From Kiritimatiellia bacterium (GTDB lineage: Bacteria > Verrucomicrobiota > Kiritimatiellia > RZYC01), in assembly GCA_028708815.1 (NCBI GenBank), contig JAQVYB010000003.1:6267-70266 (forward strand): 64,000 nucleotides of DNA, written 5' to 3'. Positions 18,372 to 27,865 of this stretch are shown here, in pieces. Made by a program: the position numbers and the translations under genes. The notes under the pieces are model-generated. The model was given only the letters and a program-made list of their open reading frames with translations. It ran no database searches and was not told the DNA's origin. Positions within the stretch are counted from its first letter, which is position 1. Each line of letters opens with the position of its first letter.

Positions 18372-19678
18372 ACGACCGAAATAAAAATAGACCGGGCTAC
18401 AAGGAAACCAAAGTCGGGTGGATTCCTGAGGAGTGGGGAACGAAATCAGGTGAAGAAATAACGGCTCTAATAAGCAAGGGCGCATCCCCAAGATGGCAAG
18501 GGTTTAACTACACAACTGAAGGCATGTTATTTATCACCAGTGAAAATGTGCGCGATGGAAAACTTGATATCAGTAGACCAAAGTTTCTTCCCGTCGAGTT
18601 CAACGACAAGATAAAAAGAACCCAACTCAAGAAATATGACATTCTAATAAACTTGGTAGGAGCCTCAATTGGTCGATCATGTCTAATCCCGATCGACCTA
18701 AGCCTCGCAAACGTAAACCAAGCAGTGGCTGTATTTCGCCTCAAAGACAAACGCATAGCATCATATATGGCCGTTTTCTTTCAGATGTCAGACACAGTTA
18801 AGCGCATCTTAGACATGCAAGTAGACGCAGCGCGTCCAAATCTCTCTCTATCTAATTTACGTGACTTTAAATGCCCTCTTCCCCCAATCCTTGAACAGGA
18901 GGCAATTGTGGAAGTGTTGGGGTGCTGGGATGAGGGGCTGGAGACGATTGAGAACCTGATTGAGGCGAAGAAGCTGCGCAAAAAGGGGCTGATGCAACAA
19001 CTGCTGACGGGAACCCGGCGGCTGCCGGGGTTTTCCAAGGATTGGAAAACTGTGAAGCTGGGAGATATTTGCACCGTGGTAAAAAAAGCGGTCGGCGAAA
19101 AGAAAATCATTCCCATGAGTCTTTCGGCAGGCAAAGGGTTTGTCGCGCAAGCCGATAAATTTGGCCGCGATATTTCCGGCAAGCAATATTCGAAATACAC
19201 CCACCTGACTAAAGGATGCTTCACTTACAACAAAGGCAATTCAAAAACGTTCCCGCAGGGTTGCGCCTACCTGCTGGAAGATTATGACGAAGTCGCAGTG
19301 CCGAATGTTTTTATCAGCTTCAAATTCGACGATGGAAAAGCGGATAACAAATTCTTTCAACAGGTCTTCGCTGCAAACATGCACGGAAAGGATTTGATAA
19401 AATTCATCAATAGCGGCGTTCGTAATGACGGCCTGCTCAACCTAAACACAACATGGTTTATGCGGATTACATTCAACCTCCCCACCCTCAAAGAGCAGAA
19501 GGCGATTGCAGCAGTGTTGGAAACGGCGGATGAGGAGATTCGTTTGCTGGAGGCGGAGCGCGATGCGCTGGCCGAACAGAAAAAGGGGCTGATGCAGAAG
19601 CTGCTGACGGGGGAAGTCCGTCTGCCGGCATTTCGGAAAAAACAGCCTGACAAGAAGCGGCAGGACTATTCGGAGTAA
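18368..19678 (+). CDS. hsdS: Type I restriction-modification specificity subunit, full-length (two TRDs)
   Basis: 436 aa; two TRDs each followed by conserved spacer (LIEAKKLRKKGLMQQLLTG and LEAERDALAEQKKGLMQKLLTGE); low-GC TRD regions. Confidence 0.85.
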   Translation: MNDRNKNRPGYKETKVGWIPEEWGTKSGEEITALISKGASPRWQGFNYTTEGMLFITSENVRDGKLDISRPKFLPVEFNDKIKRTQLKKYDILINLVGASIGRSCLIPIDLSLANVNQAVAVFRLKDKRIASYMAVFFQMSDTVKRILDMQVDAARPNLSLSNLRDFKCPLPPILEQEAIVEVLGCWDEGLETIENLIEAKKLRKKGLMQQLLTGTRRLPGFSKDWKTVKLGDICTVVKKAVGEKKIIPMSLSAGKGFVAQADKFGRDISGKQYSKYTHLTKGCFTYNKGNSKTFPQGCAYLLEDYDEVAVPNVFISFKFDDGKADNKFFQQVFAANMHGKDLIKFINSGVRNDGLLNLNTTWFMRITFNLPTLKEQKAIAAVLETADEEIRLLEAERDALAEQKKGLMQKLLTGEVRLPAFRKKQPDKKRQDYSE

Positions 19679-19682
19679 GATT

Positions 19683-22600
19683 ATGAGCGAAGACAGAATA
19701 CCCTACACAGCCACCCCGAGTTACCTGGAGGCGGTGCAGTCGCAGCTTCCCGCGTTGCAACTGCTGATCAATATGGGCTGGGACTACCTAAGCCCCGAGG
19801 AGTGCGTTGCGCTGCGCGGCGGACGGTTGAGCACCGCTCTGCTGGAGCCGGTGTTGCTCGACCATATCCGCGAGAACTGCCGGTTCGATTTCAAGGGGCA
19901 GACGCATGCCTTTACGGAGAATGCCATTCAATCCGCTGTGCAGGCGCTGAAGAATGTCCGCGCCACCGGGGCAACATTCCAGAACGAAGAGGTGTATGAT
20001 CTGCTCTGTCTGGGCACCAGTCAGCCGCAGACGGTGGAGGGCGACACGAAGAGCTTTGATCTGAAATTTATCGATTGGGAGAACTGGGAGAATAATACCT
20101 ATCACTGCACGGCTGAGTTTAAGACGGAGCGAATGGGACAGTCGAAGCACTACATCCCGGACATTGTGCTGTTTGTGAACGGCATTCCGGTGGTGGTCAT
20201 CGAATGCAAGCGGGCGGCCTATACCGACCCGAACAAGAAGCCGATTGATCTGGCAATCGCCCAACTTGGCGATTACCAGCAAGGCGACGGCATCCCGCAG
20301 GTATTCCTGACAACGCAATTGCTGCTGGCGCTGGCCCGCGACAAGGCGGAATTCGGAACAACCGGCACACCACGCAAGTTCTGGAGCCGGTGGAGGGAAG
20401 AATATATCGATGAGCAAATCCGCGACCTGATCGGCATCACGGTGCCCAATGATCAACTCGCCAAGTTGCTGGACGGCCCATTTGCCACCAGCAAGCAGCC
20501 GTTTAAGAAGCTCCTGAACGAGGGACGTTCGATTTATGAGCAGGATCGGACACTGTATGGAACGTGCAGGCCGGAACGGCTGCTGGAGCTGATGTTTCAG
20601 TTTATTCAGTATGATAATGGCCAGAAAAAGATTGCCCGCTATCAGCAGTATTTTGCGGTGAAAGACATTCTGAAACGAGTCACCGCCGCACCGGAAGGCG
20701 AACAGAGAGCCGGTGGCGTGGTCTGGCACACACAGGGCAGCGGAAAGTCGCTGACGATGGTGATGCTGGCTAAGGCTCTGGCGATTTCGAAACGGATCGA
20801 GAACCCGCGCATCATTCTGGTGACCGACCGCATCGATCTGGATGACCAGATTTACGGGACGTTTAAGGCGTGCGGGATGAAGGTGGAACAGGCGAGTACC
20901 GGTGCGCATCTGATCGAGATGCTGCAGGATGGCAAGCGGCATATTATCACGACCCTCATCCATAAATTTGCCGCTGCAACCGCCCGTTCGGCTATCGAGG
21001 TAGATCATAATACCTTCGTCCTGGTGGATGAGAGCCATCGCAGCAACTACAGCGAGCACCATGCCCGGATGAAGCTCGCACTCAAGGGAGCCTGTTTTAT
21101 CGGGTTTACGGGCACGCCACTGGCCAAAGATCCCAAAAAGAACACCTTCTTTAAATTCGGCGAACTGTTTAAACCGGCCTATACGATTGCGCGGGCTGTG
21201 GAGGATAAAGCGGTTCTGCCACTGATTTACGAGGCACGGCATGTCCCGCAGCCGGTTCAGAAAGAGGCGATCGACCGTTGGTTTGAGCGGCTGACCAGCT
21301 CCCTCACCGAAGCGGAACGAGCGGATTTGAAGCGGAAATATTCTTCTGAAACGCAGCTCAACAAAGCGGCCCAGAAAATCCGGATGGTGGCGTGGGATGT
21401 GAGCCTTCACTACTCGATGGCTTATCAGGGCACGGGAATGAAGGGGCAGTTGGTTGCTCCGGACAAAGAAGCCGCACGACTATACAAAAAAACACTGGAT
21501 GAGTTCAGCATGGTCACCAGTGAGGTGCTCGTGTCCGGACCCGGGACCCATGAAGGGGAAAGCAGGAACCCTGAAGCAACAGCCGAAGAAAAAGTGTTCT
21601 GGCAGGGGATGATGGATCGCTACGGCTCTGAGGAGAAATACAACAAGCAGCTTATTAACGCGTTCAAAAAGGCAGAGGAGCCGGAAATCATTATTGTGGT
21701 TGATAAGCTTTTGACCGGGTTCGACGCGCCCTGTAACACGGTTCTTTACCTCGCCCGTACACTGAAAGATCACAGCCTGCTCCAGGCGATTGCCCGCGTG
21801 AACCGGCTTTATGAGGGTAAGGAATTCGGTCTGATTATGGATTACAGCGGTGTCATTGAGAATCTGGACGAAGCGATCGATTTCTACACCAATCTGGCCG
21901 ACTACAATCATGAAGATCTGGTCGAAACCGTGACCTATATCACCGATGAAGCCGCAAAGCTTCCCCAGCTCCACTCAGACCTGTGGGAGCTGTTCGCCGC
22001 AGTAAAAGGCAGCTCGGATACCGAAGTCTATCAGGAACACCTGCGGGACGAAGAACGCAGAGCGAAGTTCTACGAGCGGTTCAGTGCTTTCGCTCGGGCG
22101 ATGGCCCTGGCTCTTGCCTCAACGACATTCCTTGAGCAGACCCCGGAAAAACAAATCAATATCTACAAGAACGACCTGAAGTTTTTCCGTAACCTGCGGA
22201 CTGAAACAGCGATCCGCTTTCAGGAGCGCATTGATTTCTCTGAATACGAACCGAAAATCCGCAAACTTCTCGACACGCACGTTGGCGCGAGCGAAGTCGA
22301 ACAGCTTATTGAACCCATCGACCTGCTGAATACCGAGCAGCGCGAAGAGGTCCTCGGCAGAGAAGACCTGAGCGAAGAATCAAAAGCCGACATGATCGCA
22401 TCCGCCGCGCGACACAGTATCGAACAGGAGTTTGAGAAAGACCCTGCCTTTTTCACAAAATTCTCGAAACTGCTGGAGGATACCATCGAGGCATTGCATC
22501 AGAAGCGGATTCAGGCCGCTGAAGCGCTGGCAAAAATTAAAGATATTGCGATTAAGGTGGCCACGCATACCGATGAGGATGTGCCGAAAACGCTCGTTGG

Positions 22601-22889
22601 CCACGATATGGCGCGGCGGTATTACGGCACGGTTCAGGAAGAGTTGGCAGAATACACAACCGCGAAACCGGATGTGGGCGCAACCATTGCACTGGAAGTG
22701 GTCAAGCGTCTCAACCCACACAAAGTTCGTGACTGGACCAACAACACGGATGCGCTCAATGCCATGCGCCGTGAAATAGACGATATCTTCTTCGAAGCAG
22801 CAGATGAGTTCGGGTTGGAGTTTCCGTTGGAGCTGCAGGATAAACTAATCGATAAATGCCTGGAAATTGCGATTGCCAATGAAAAATAG
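19683..22889 (+). CDS. hsdR: Type I restriction enzyme endonuclease/helicase subunit R
   Basis: 1068 aa; HsdR N-terminal nuclease region, DEAD-box helicase motifs (GSGKSLTMV Walker A; DESHRS), C-terminal domain. Confidence 0.9.
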   Translation: MSEDRIPYTATPSYLEAVQSQLPALQLLINMGWDYLSPEECVALRGGRLSTALLEPVLLDHIRENCRFDFKGQTHAFTENAIQSAVQALKNVRATGATFQNEEVYDLLCLGTSQPQTVEGDTKSFDLKFIDWENWENNTYHCTAEFKTERMGQSKHYIPDIVLFVNGIPVVVIECKRAAYTDPNKKPIDLAIAQLGDYQQGDGIPQVFLTTQLLLALARDKAEFGTTGTPRKFWSRWREEYIDEQIRDLIGITVPNDQLAKLLDGPFATSKQPFKKLLNEGRSIYEQDRTLYGTCRPERLLELMFQFIQYDNGQKKIARYQQYFAVKDILKRVTAAPEGEQRAGGVVWHTQGSGKSLTMVMLAKALAISKRIENPRIILVTDRIDLDDQIYGTFKACGMKVEQASTGAHLIEMLQDGKRHIITTLIHKFAAATARSAIEVDHNTFVLVDESHRSNYSEHHARMKLALKGACFIGFTGTPLAKDPKKNTFFKFGELFKPAYTIARAVEDKAVLPLIYEARHVPQPVQKEAIDRWFERLTSSLTEAERADLKRKYSSETQLNKAAQKIRMVAWDVSLHYSMAYQGTGMKGQLVAPDKEAARLYKKTLDEFSMVTSEVLVSGPGTHEGESRNPEATAEEKVFWQGMMDRYGSEEKYNKQLINAFKKAEEPEIIIVVDKLLTGFDAPCNTVLYLARTLKDHSLLQAIARVNRLYEGKEFGLIMDYSGVIENLDEAIDFYTNLADYNHEDLVETVTYITDEAAKLPQLHSDLWELFAAVKGSSDTEVYQEHLRDEERRAKFYERFSAFARAMALALASTTFLEQTPEKQINIYKNDLKFFRNLRTETAIRFQERIDFSEYEPKIRKLLDTHVGASEVEQLIEPIDLLNTEQREEVLGREDLSEESKADMIASAARHSIEQEFEKDPAFFTKFSKLLEDTIEALHQKRIQAAEALAKIKDIAIKVATHTDEDVPKTLVGHDMARRYYGTVQEELAEYTTAKPDVGATIALEVVKRLNPHKVRDWTNNTDALNAMRREIDDIFFEAADEFGLEFPLELQDKLIDKCLEIAIANEK

Positions 22890-23649
22890 CCTCCAGCCAG
22901 ACCGTGTGATTGAATTCGGCAACCGCCGGATTCCGTATCGGTTGACACGGCAATCCCGAAAGCACATCCGTATTCTGGTTGCCCCTGATCTGACCGTGCG
23001 TGTTTCCGCCCCGCCCCGGGCAGAAGAGGAGCAAATCGAGCATGTTCTAAGGCAGAAAGCCCGCTGGATTGCACGGAAGCTGGACAAAGTCAGAAATTTC
23101 CACCCCCTGCCTGCGCCCAGGGAATATATCAGCGGGGAAACCTTCTGCTATCTGGGGCGCCAGTACCGACTGAAAGTGGACAAGGGAGAAAAAGCCCCCG
23201 CCAAACTAAAAGGGAAATTTCTCTATGTGACCGTGCCGGACAAACAGGATCGGGATGCAGTCAAAAAAGCTGTCGAGAATTGGTATAAGCAACGGGCGGA
23301 AGAAACGGTTTTGCGCTGTCTGGATAAATGCACGGGCGTGGCCGGACGGCACGGCATACCGGCAGCCGCGCTGACTCTGCGCAAAATGCGCACCCGCTGG
23401 GGAAGTTGCAGCAGCAAGGGGCGCATTACCATCAACACCAACCTGATTCAGGCTCCGATTCACTGCATTGAATACGTCATCATGCATGAGCTCTGCCATC
23501 TGAAGCACCACAACCACTCCAAAGCCTTCTATAAGCTTTTAACGCAATGTATGCCCGATTGGCCCAAGAGAAAAGAGGCCCTGCAGCGTGTCGTTATCCC
23601 GCGCGAAAACGGAAACACACCTGTGGGACAGCATGGGGTCACACGATAA
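22879..23649 (+). CDS. DUF45/YgjP-like (M48/WLM-family) zinc metallopeptidase, type I RM-associated
   Basis: HEXXH motif in HELCHLKHHNH; size and position match the metallopeptidase commonly encoded 3' of hsdR; ATG at 22879 overlaps hsdR stop by 11 nt. Confidence 0.7.
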   Translation: MKNSLQPDRVIEFGNRRIPYRLTRQSRKHIRILVAPDLTVRVSAPPRAEEEQIEHVLRQKARWIARKLDKVRNFHPLPAPREYISGETFCYLGRQYRLKVDKGEKAPAKLKGKFLYVTVPDKQDRDAVKKAVENWYKQRAEETVLRCLDKCTGVAGRHGIPAAALTLRKMRTRWGSCSSKGRITINTNLIQAPIHCIEYVIMHELCHLKHHNHSKAFYKLLTQCMPDWPKRKEALQRVVIPRENGNTPVGQHGVTR

Positions 23650-23747
23650 AACTATCCATCGAAAAAAAAGAAGCTCGTTGGTACGTCCTATACACTCCCG
23701 TAAGAGCAACCGTATCCGTGGAACAACGAGCCAAAAGAATACAATGC

Positions 23748-24263
23748 TCAGGCCTGGATATTCACCTGCATGCCGCTGCCATGCATGCTCACCGCATTTT
23801 TTACACTTTGTGGATCAATGAAGAGCGATGGGCGACGGGATGGATTCATCAGGCCTGCTCCGTGCTGCAGCATGTTGGTGTGCGATTTGAGCTGTTTCGT
23901 CAATCCGTCAAAAAGCGGGGTCATATCAATGTAGTTGGATGTCATTATCCGACCGGTGGATTCAGCAATCATAACAACCTCCGTTCAGCCGATTACGTCT
24001 ATGTGTTTGCCCAGCGTGGAACTGCTAACCATCCCTTGTATCGAGCGCGGACTGATGTGCGCGGAAGGGCTGATGGAGTTGTTGATCAGAGCAGACGAGG
24101 TTTGGAGGAGTCGACTGTAGCTGTTGGTGAACTTTTTCAGTCCGTCGAAGACCGGCTGAAAATTGGTGTAGAAGGCAAGATTCGGAACGCCGGACGCTTT
24201 TGTTATCATAAACCACTCCCAATGAAGTGCGGTTTCAGCTATCCGTGCCGCCTCAACCTTCAA
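23748..24263 (-). pseudogene. Low-GC gene with an internal duplication (P[VL]FDGLxK...LQ motif twice) interrupted by one in-frame TGA; possible pseudogene or readthrough
   Basis: Two minus-strand ORFs (23985..24263 and 23748..23972) are in the same frame, separated only by a TGA at 23985-23987 plus four sense codons; the halves share a repeated motif; local GC ~48%. Confidence 0.3.
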
Positions 24264-24453
24264 TCCATTGAAAGCTGTTTTTGAAGCAAGGCTATGTATA
24301 CGCCGTTTGTGGCATGCTGTTAAATATTTTGAATTTTAAACGTTATGTTTTTGCAGAACATGCGGTTGATGGGATACCCTCTTATCTCATAACCGCGTGA
24401 TTCGTGGCACAGGGGCATGGGGATCGTGGTCTTTTTGAGGGACAGGACAGGGA

Positions 24454-25521
24454 ATGGAACAAGCAGAGAGGTGTAACGGGTGGAATCTTGGCGCGTCCCG
24501 CGTGGGTGACGGGGCGCCTTGTTTTATCTTGGCGGAGGCTGGCGTCAATCACAACGGTCGGTTGGAGCGGGCAATCGAATTGGCCGATGCCGCGCAGTCC
24601 GCCGGAGCGGATGCGGTTAAGTTTCAGACGTTCCGTGCGGATCGCCTGGTCAGTTCTGATGCGCCCAAGGCGGTTTATCAATGCGAGCGCACGCATGCAG
24701 AGGAAAGTCAGCGGGACATGCTGCGCCGCCTGGAACTTTCCGAGGAGGATCATCGCGTGCTTGCCGCTCATTGCGCGAAACGGGGACTTCTTTTTCTTTC
24801 GACGCCGTTTGACGAAGAGAGCGTGGATTTTCTGATGAGCCTGGGGGTGCCCGCCCTGAAAATGGGATCTGGTGAGTTGACGAATCTTCCGCTGCTGCGG
24901 CATGCCGCCGGTCAGGGCGTTCCGCTGATTCTGTCCACGGGCATGGCGACGATCGAGGAGGTGGCGCGTGCGGTGGATGCAATTGCTGCGGAGGGTTGTC
25001 CGGCGTGGGCGCTGCTGCATTGCGTCTCGGCCTATCCGGCGAATGCGGGAAGCGTGAATCTTCGCGCGATGGATACGCTGCGTGAACGCTTTGGGGTTCC
25101 GGTGGGTTTTTCGGATCACACGCGTGGCATTGAGGTGGCGATAGCCGCCGCCGCGCGGGGCGCGAATCTGATTGAGAAACATCTTACGTTGAAGCGGTCG
25201 GACGTTGGCCCGGATCACGCGGTATCGCTTGAGCCGATGGAGTTGAAGGCCATGGTTTTTGCGATTCGCAATGTGGAGCGTGCGCTTGGTGATGGATGCA
25301 AGAAGCCGGCAGAGGAGGAAGAAGACGTGGCACGCGTGGCGCGTCGGAGTCTGTTTGCAGCGGTTGATCTGGCTGCCGGAAGTGTATTGCAGGCGGAGAT
25401 GACGGTGGCCCGCCGCCCGGGAACCGGCCTGGCGCCGGACCGGCTTGATGAATTGGTTGGGAGGCAGCTGCAACGGGATGTTTCTGCCGGGGAAATGCTT
25501 CACAGCGATATGTTCTGTTGA
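24454..25521 (+). CDS. neuB: N-acetylneuraminate/nonulosonic-acid synthase (NeuB family) with C-terminal SAF domain
   Basis: NeuB N-terminus (CFILAEAGVNHNG), TIM-barrel motifs (FSDHT), SAF domain at C-terminus. Confidence 0.8.
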   Translation: MEQAERCNGWNLGASRVGDGAPCFILAEAGVNHNGRLERAIELADAAQSAGADAVKFQTFRADRLVSSDAPKAVYQCERTHAEESQRDMLRRLELSEEDHRVLAAHCAKRGLLFLSTPFDEESVDFLMSLGVPALKMGSGELTNLPLLRHAAGQGVPLILSTGMATIEEVARAVDAIAAEGCPAWALLHCVSAYPANAGSVNLRAMDTLRERFGVPVGFSDHTRGIEVAIAAAARGANLIEKHLTLKRSDVGPDHAVSLEPMELKAMVFAIRNVERALGDGCKKPAEEEEDVARVARRSLFAAVDLAAGSVLQAEMTVARRPGTGLAPDRLDELVGRQLQRDVSAGEMLHSDMFC

Positions 25522-25540
25522 TTGAACGGAGAGGAATGCC

Positions 25541-26485
25541 ATGGCCGATAGCGTGCAGCCTGATCATGAGCCGCAGCCGAAGAATCCTTTTGAGGTTCGC
25601 GGGGTGGCGGATTCATACGACCTGGGGCGGGCCCGAAAGGATCAGGCGTTCAAGCTGCTTGAAAAGGATGGGCTGGTCTATCCGGCTACGTTCGGTTCTT
25701 CCGGCGGAGATAAGTTTTTGCGTCTGCTTGAGATGGTGCGTGAGAATCAAGAGGCTCTGGATTCGTTTCTTGAGGTCGGTTGCGGGACCGGCGCTTTTTT
25801 CGAGGTGCTGAGGGCGAATCATTTTATGCAGCCGTACACGGGTGTGGATGGCAGTACCGAGCACATCCGGCGGGCAATCGGGAACTATCCGGAGGCGAAC
25901 TTTCTGGTGGGGGATGTTTGTTCGCTGGCCTTGCCTGACCGCACGTTTTCCTTTGTGTTTGAAAACAATGTCTTTCCCTTTTTGCTGTATCCCGAGCGGG
26001 CGGTCCGGGAGATGGTGCGGGTCTCGAAGAGGCTGGTGTATTTCCGGGCGCACGCGACGCAGCTGGAATGCGGTCTATATGCCTGGCAACCGCTTTACAC
26101 AATGGCCACGGCAGAATCGGCAGCGAACGGCGCCGTTCAGTATGTTCTTCCGGAGACGCTGGATGAGGCGTTGCGTCCGCGCTGTGTGATGCCGAAGGTG
26201 ATGCGGCAGATGCCGGATGGGCGTATCAAGATCGCCGTGGCGAAATCCAAGAAGAAATTCATCGGTCAGGCGGCCCTGGATGCGTTGATTGCCGAACTGG
26301 GGGTGGAGGTGCTTGATCGGCGCGTATCCAAAACGGCCGCCTACGGTGCAATCATGACCGAGAGCCTGGTGGCCAATAATTCATTGGAAGCCATTCGTGC
26401 GGCATCCGATTCCTGCCTGATTACCGAGGAGGATGTCCTGATGGAAATTCAGGCCATGGACATGGAGTTTCTCCTGGCGATCTAG
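25541..26485 (+). CDS. Class I SAM-dependent methyltransferase
   Basis: Motif I LEVGCGTGAF, motif II-like LVGDVCSLALPDRTFSFVF. Confidence 0.6.
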   Translation: MADSVQPDHEPQPKNPFEVRGVADSYDLGRARKDQAFKLLEKDGLVYPATFGSSGGDKFLRLLEMVRENQEALDSFLEVGCGTGAFFEVLRANHFMQPYTGVDGSTEHIRRAIGNYPEANFLVGDVCSLALPDRTFSFVFENNVFPFLLYPERAVREMVRVSKRLVYFRAHATQLECGLYAWQPLYTMATAESAANGAVQYVLPETLDEALRPRCVMPKVMRQMPDGRIKIAVAKSKKKFIGQAALDALIAELGVEVLDRRVSKTAAYGAIMTESLVANNSLEAIRAASDSCLITEEDVLMEIQAMDMEFLLAI

Positions 26486-26746
26486 CGGGCGGTCGGGGTT
26501 TGGCCCGCCATTTGGTTGGTGAACCACGGCGGATACGTTGCTGTGTCTGGGAAGAACAGCGTTTCTTTCAGCAAACAATGCCGTATCCGAGCGCCTTGCA
26601 GGGCGGCGGGGTATTGCAGGGCGGATGGCCTCGTGCCGATCCCGCTTCCGGGAACGTTGATTAAGGCCAGAACTAATTCAAGGGTTGATTTTCACTGCGG
26701 CGGATCGTATTTTCATGAACCAGTTTATTTAAGGAGTCGTATACGC

Positions 26747-27841
26747 ATGAGAAAAGAAAAATGGATGACACGGATCGTTCTCGCTTTGGCGCTTTTTTCG
26801 TTTGGCCTGTTGGGCTGCTCGAAGAAGGCGGAGCAGACTGTTGAGCAGAAGGTGCAGCCCTCGGCGGAGGCCGTGTCGGCGTCGTCGGAAGCGCCGGTTT
26901 TGGCAGAGGGAGCGGTGTTGGCGGTGCCGCCGGATGCAGCGGTGGCACAGCCGGAAACGGGGGATGACCGAAAGGAACACGCGCTACCCGAAGAGTTGCA
27001 GTCGTTTGCGTCCCGGAGTGCGTCTGGGAAGGCGGGGAAATCGGAGATTCCCATTCGGCTTTCCGCGCTGATGGATATGGGGCAGGTGGTGATGGCCGGT
27101 TTAGTGGATACCGCGGGGGGTGGCGAGGCGATGGTCCAGGAGGGCAATGTCTTTCGCGGCTATACCGTGAAGGCGATTGATCTCTCAGGCAAAACGGTTA
27201 CCCTGGAGCGCAAGGGGCAGCTTTATACGCTCGCGCAGATTGCCGATCCAAACGCCCCGCCGCCGGCCCGCCAACCTGTTTCTCCTCTTGCCGGAAACAC
27301 CAATATTCCCTCCGTCTTTATGAATCCGGATTTGCGCAATATCCCGACCGAGCAATTCGAGCCGACGCAGGATGAAATCGCACGCGGCATCAACCCGAAC
27401 GATTCGTCCACCTGGCCCAAGGGCTACAAGGGACCGGCCATTGAGCGTTTTCTGGCCAAGATGACCCCCGAGGAGCGTGCCGCTTCCGAGCGCCCGCTCA
27501 TTACGCCGGACATGCGTACCGGCCCGGCCATGGAGCCCACGGAGGATGAAGTCGTACGCGGTATTGACCCGAACGATCATACCACGTGGCCCCCGGACTA
27601 CAAAGGTCCGGCCATCGAGGACTATTTGGCCGAGCATCCGGAGGAGGCCGCCAAGTTGGAGGCCGCTGCGGCGAATCCGCCCGTCGCCCCGAAGCTGGAG
27701 GGATATGAGCCCACCGCGGAGGAAGCCGCACGCGGTATCAATCCCAATGAGCCTTCTACCTGGCCCTCGGATTATCGCGGTCCGGCAATCGAGGATGCCG
27801 TAAAGGAGATGGAAGCCAAGCAGCAGGTACAGCCGGAATAA
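26747..27841 (+). CDS. Lipoprotein with three tandem ~45-aa repeats (EPTxDExxRGI[ND]PN..[ST]TWPxxY[KR]GPAIExxL)
   Basis: ATG at 26747 with AAGGAG 10 nt upstream; signal peptide plus lipobox LLGCS; three clear repeats read from the translation. The annotated 26516 start is rejected. Confidence 0.55.
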   Translation: MRKEKWMTRIVLALALFSFGLLGCSKKAEQTVEQKVQPSAEAVSASSEAPVLAEGAVLAVPPDAAVAQPETGDDRKEHALPEELQSFASRSASGKAGKSEIPIRLSALMDMGQVVMAGLVDTAGGGEAMVQEGNVFRGYTVKAIDLSGKTVTLERKGQLYTLAQIADPNAPPPARQPVSPLAGNTNIPSVFMNPDLRNIPTEQFEPTQDEIARGINPNDSSTWPKGYKGPAIERFLAKMTPEERAASERPLITPDMRTGPAMEPTEDEVVRGIDPNDHTTWPPDYKGPAIEDYLAEHPEEAAKLEAAAANPPVAPKLEGYEPTAEEAARGINPNEPSTWPSDYRGPAIEDAVKEMEAKQQVQPE

Positions 27842-27865
27842 ACCGGATGACGTCAACGTCGAACG

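Noticed and set aside
23547-24284. 245-aa plus-strand ORF across the low-GC region
   Set aside because: Cys/His/Arg-rich with no domain signal; the minus-strand frame shows an internal protein-level repeat and is more credible
24382-25542. 386-aa minus-strand ORF
   Set aside because: Entirely antisense to the well-supported neuB gene; R/H/C-rich translation typical of GC-rich antisense frames
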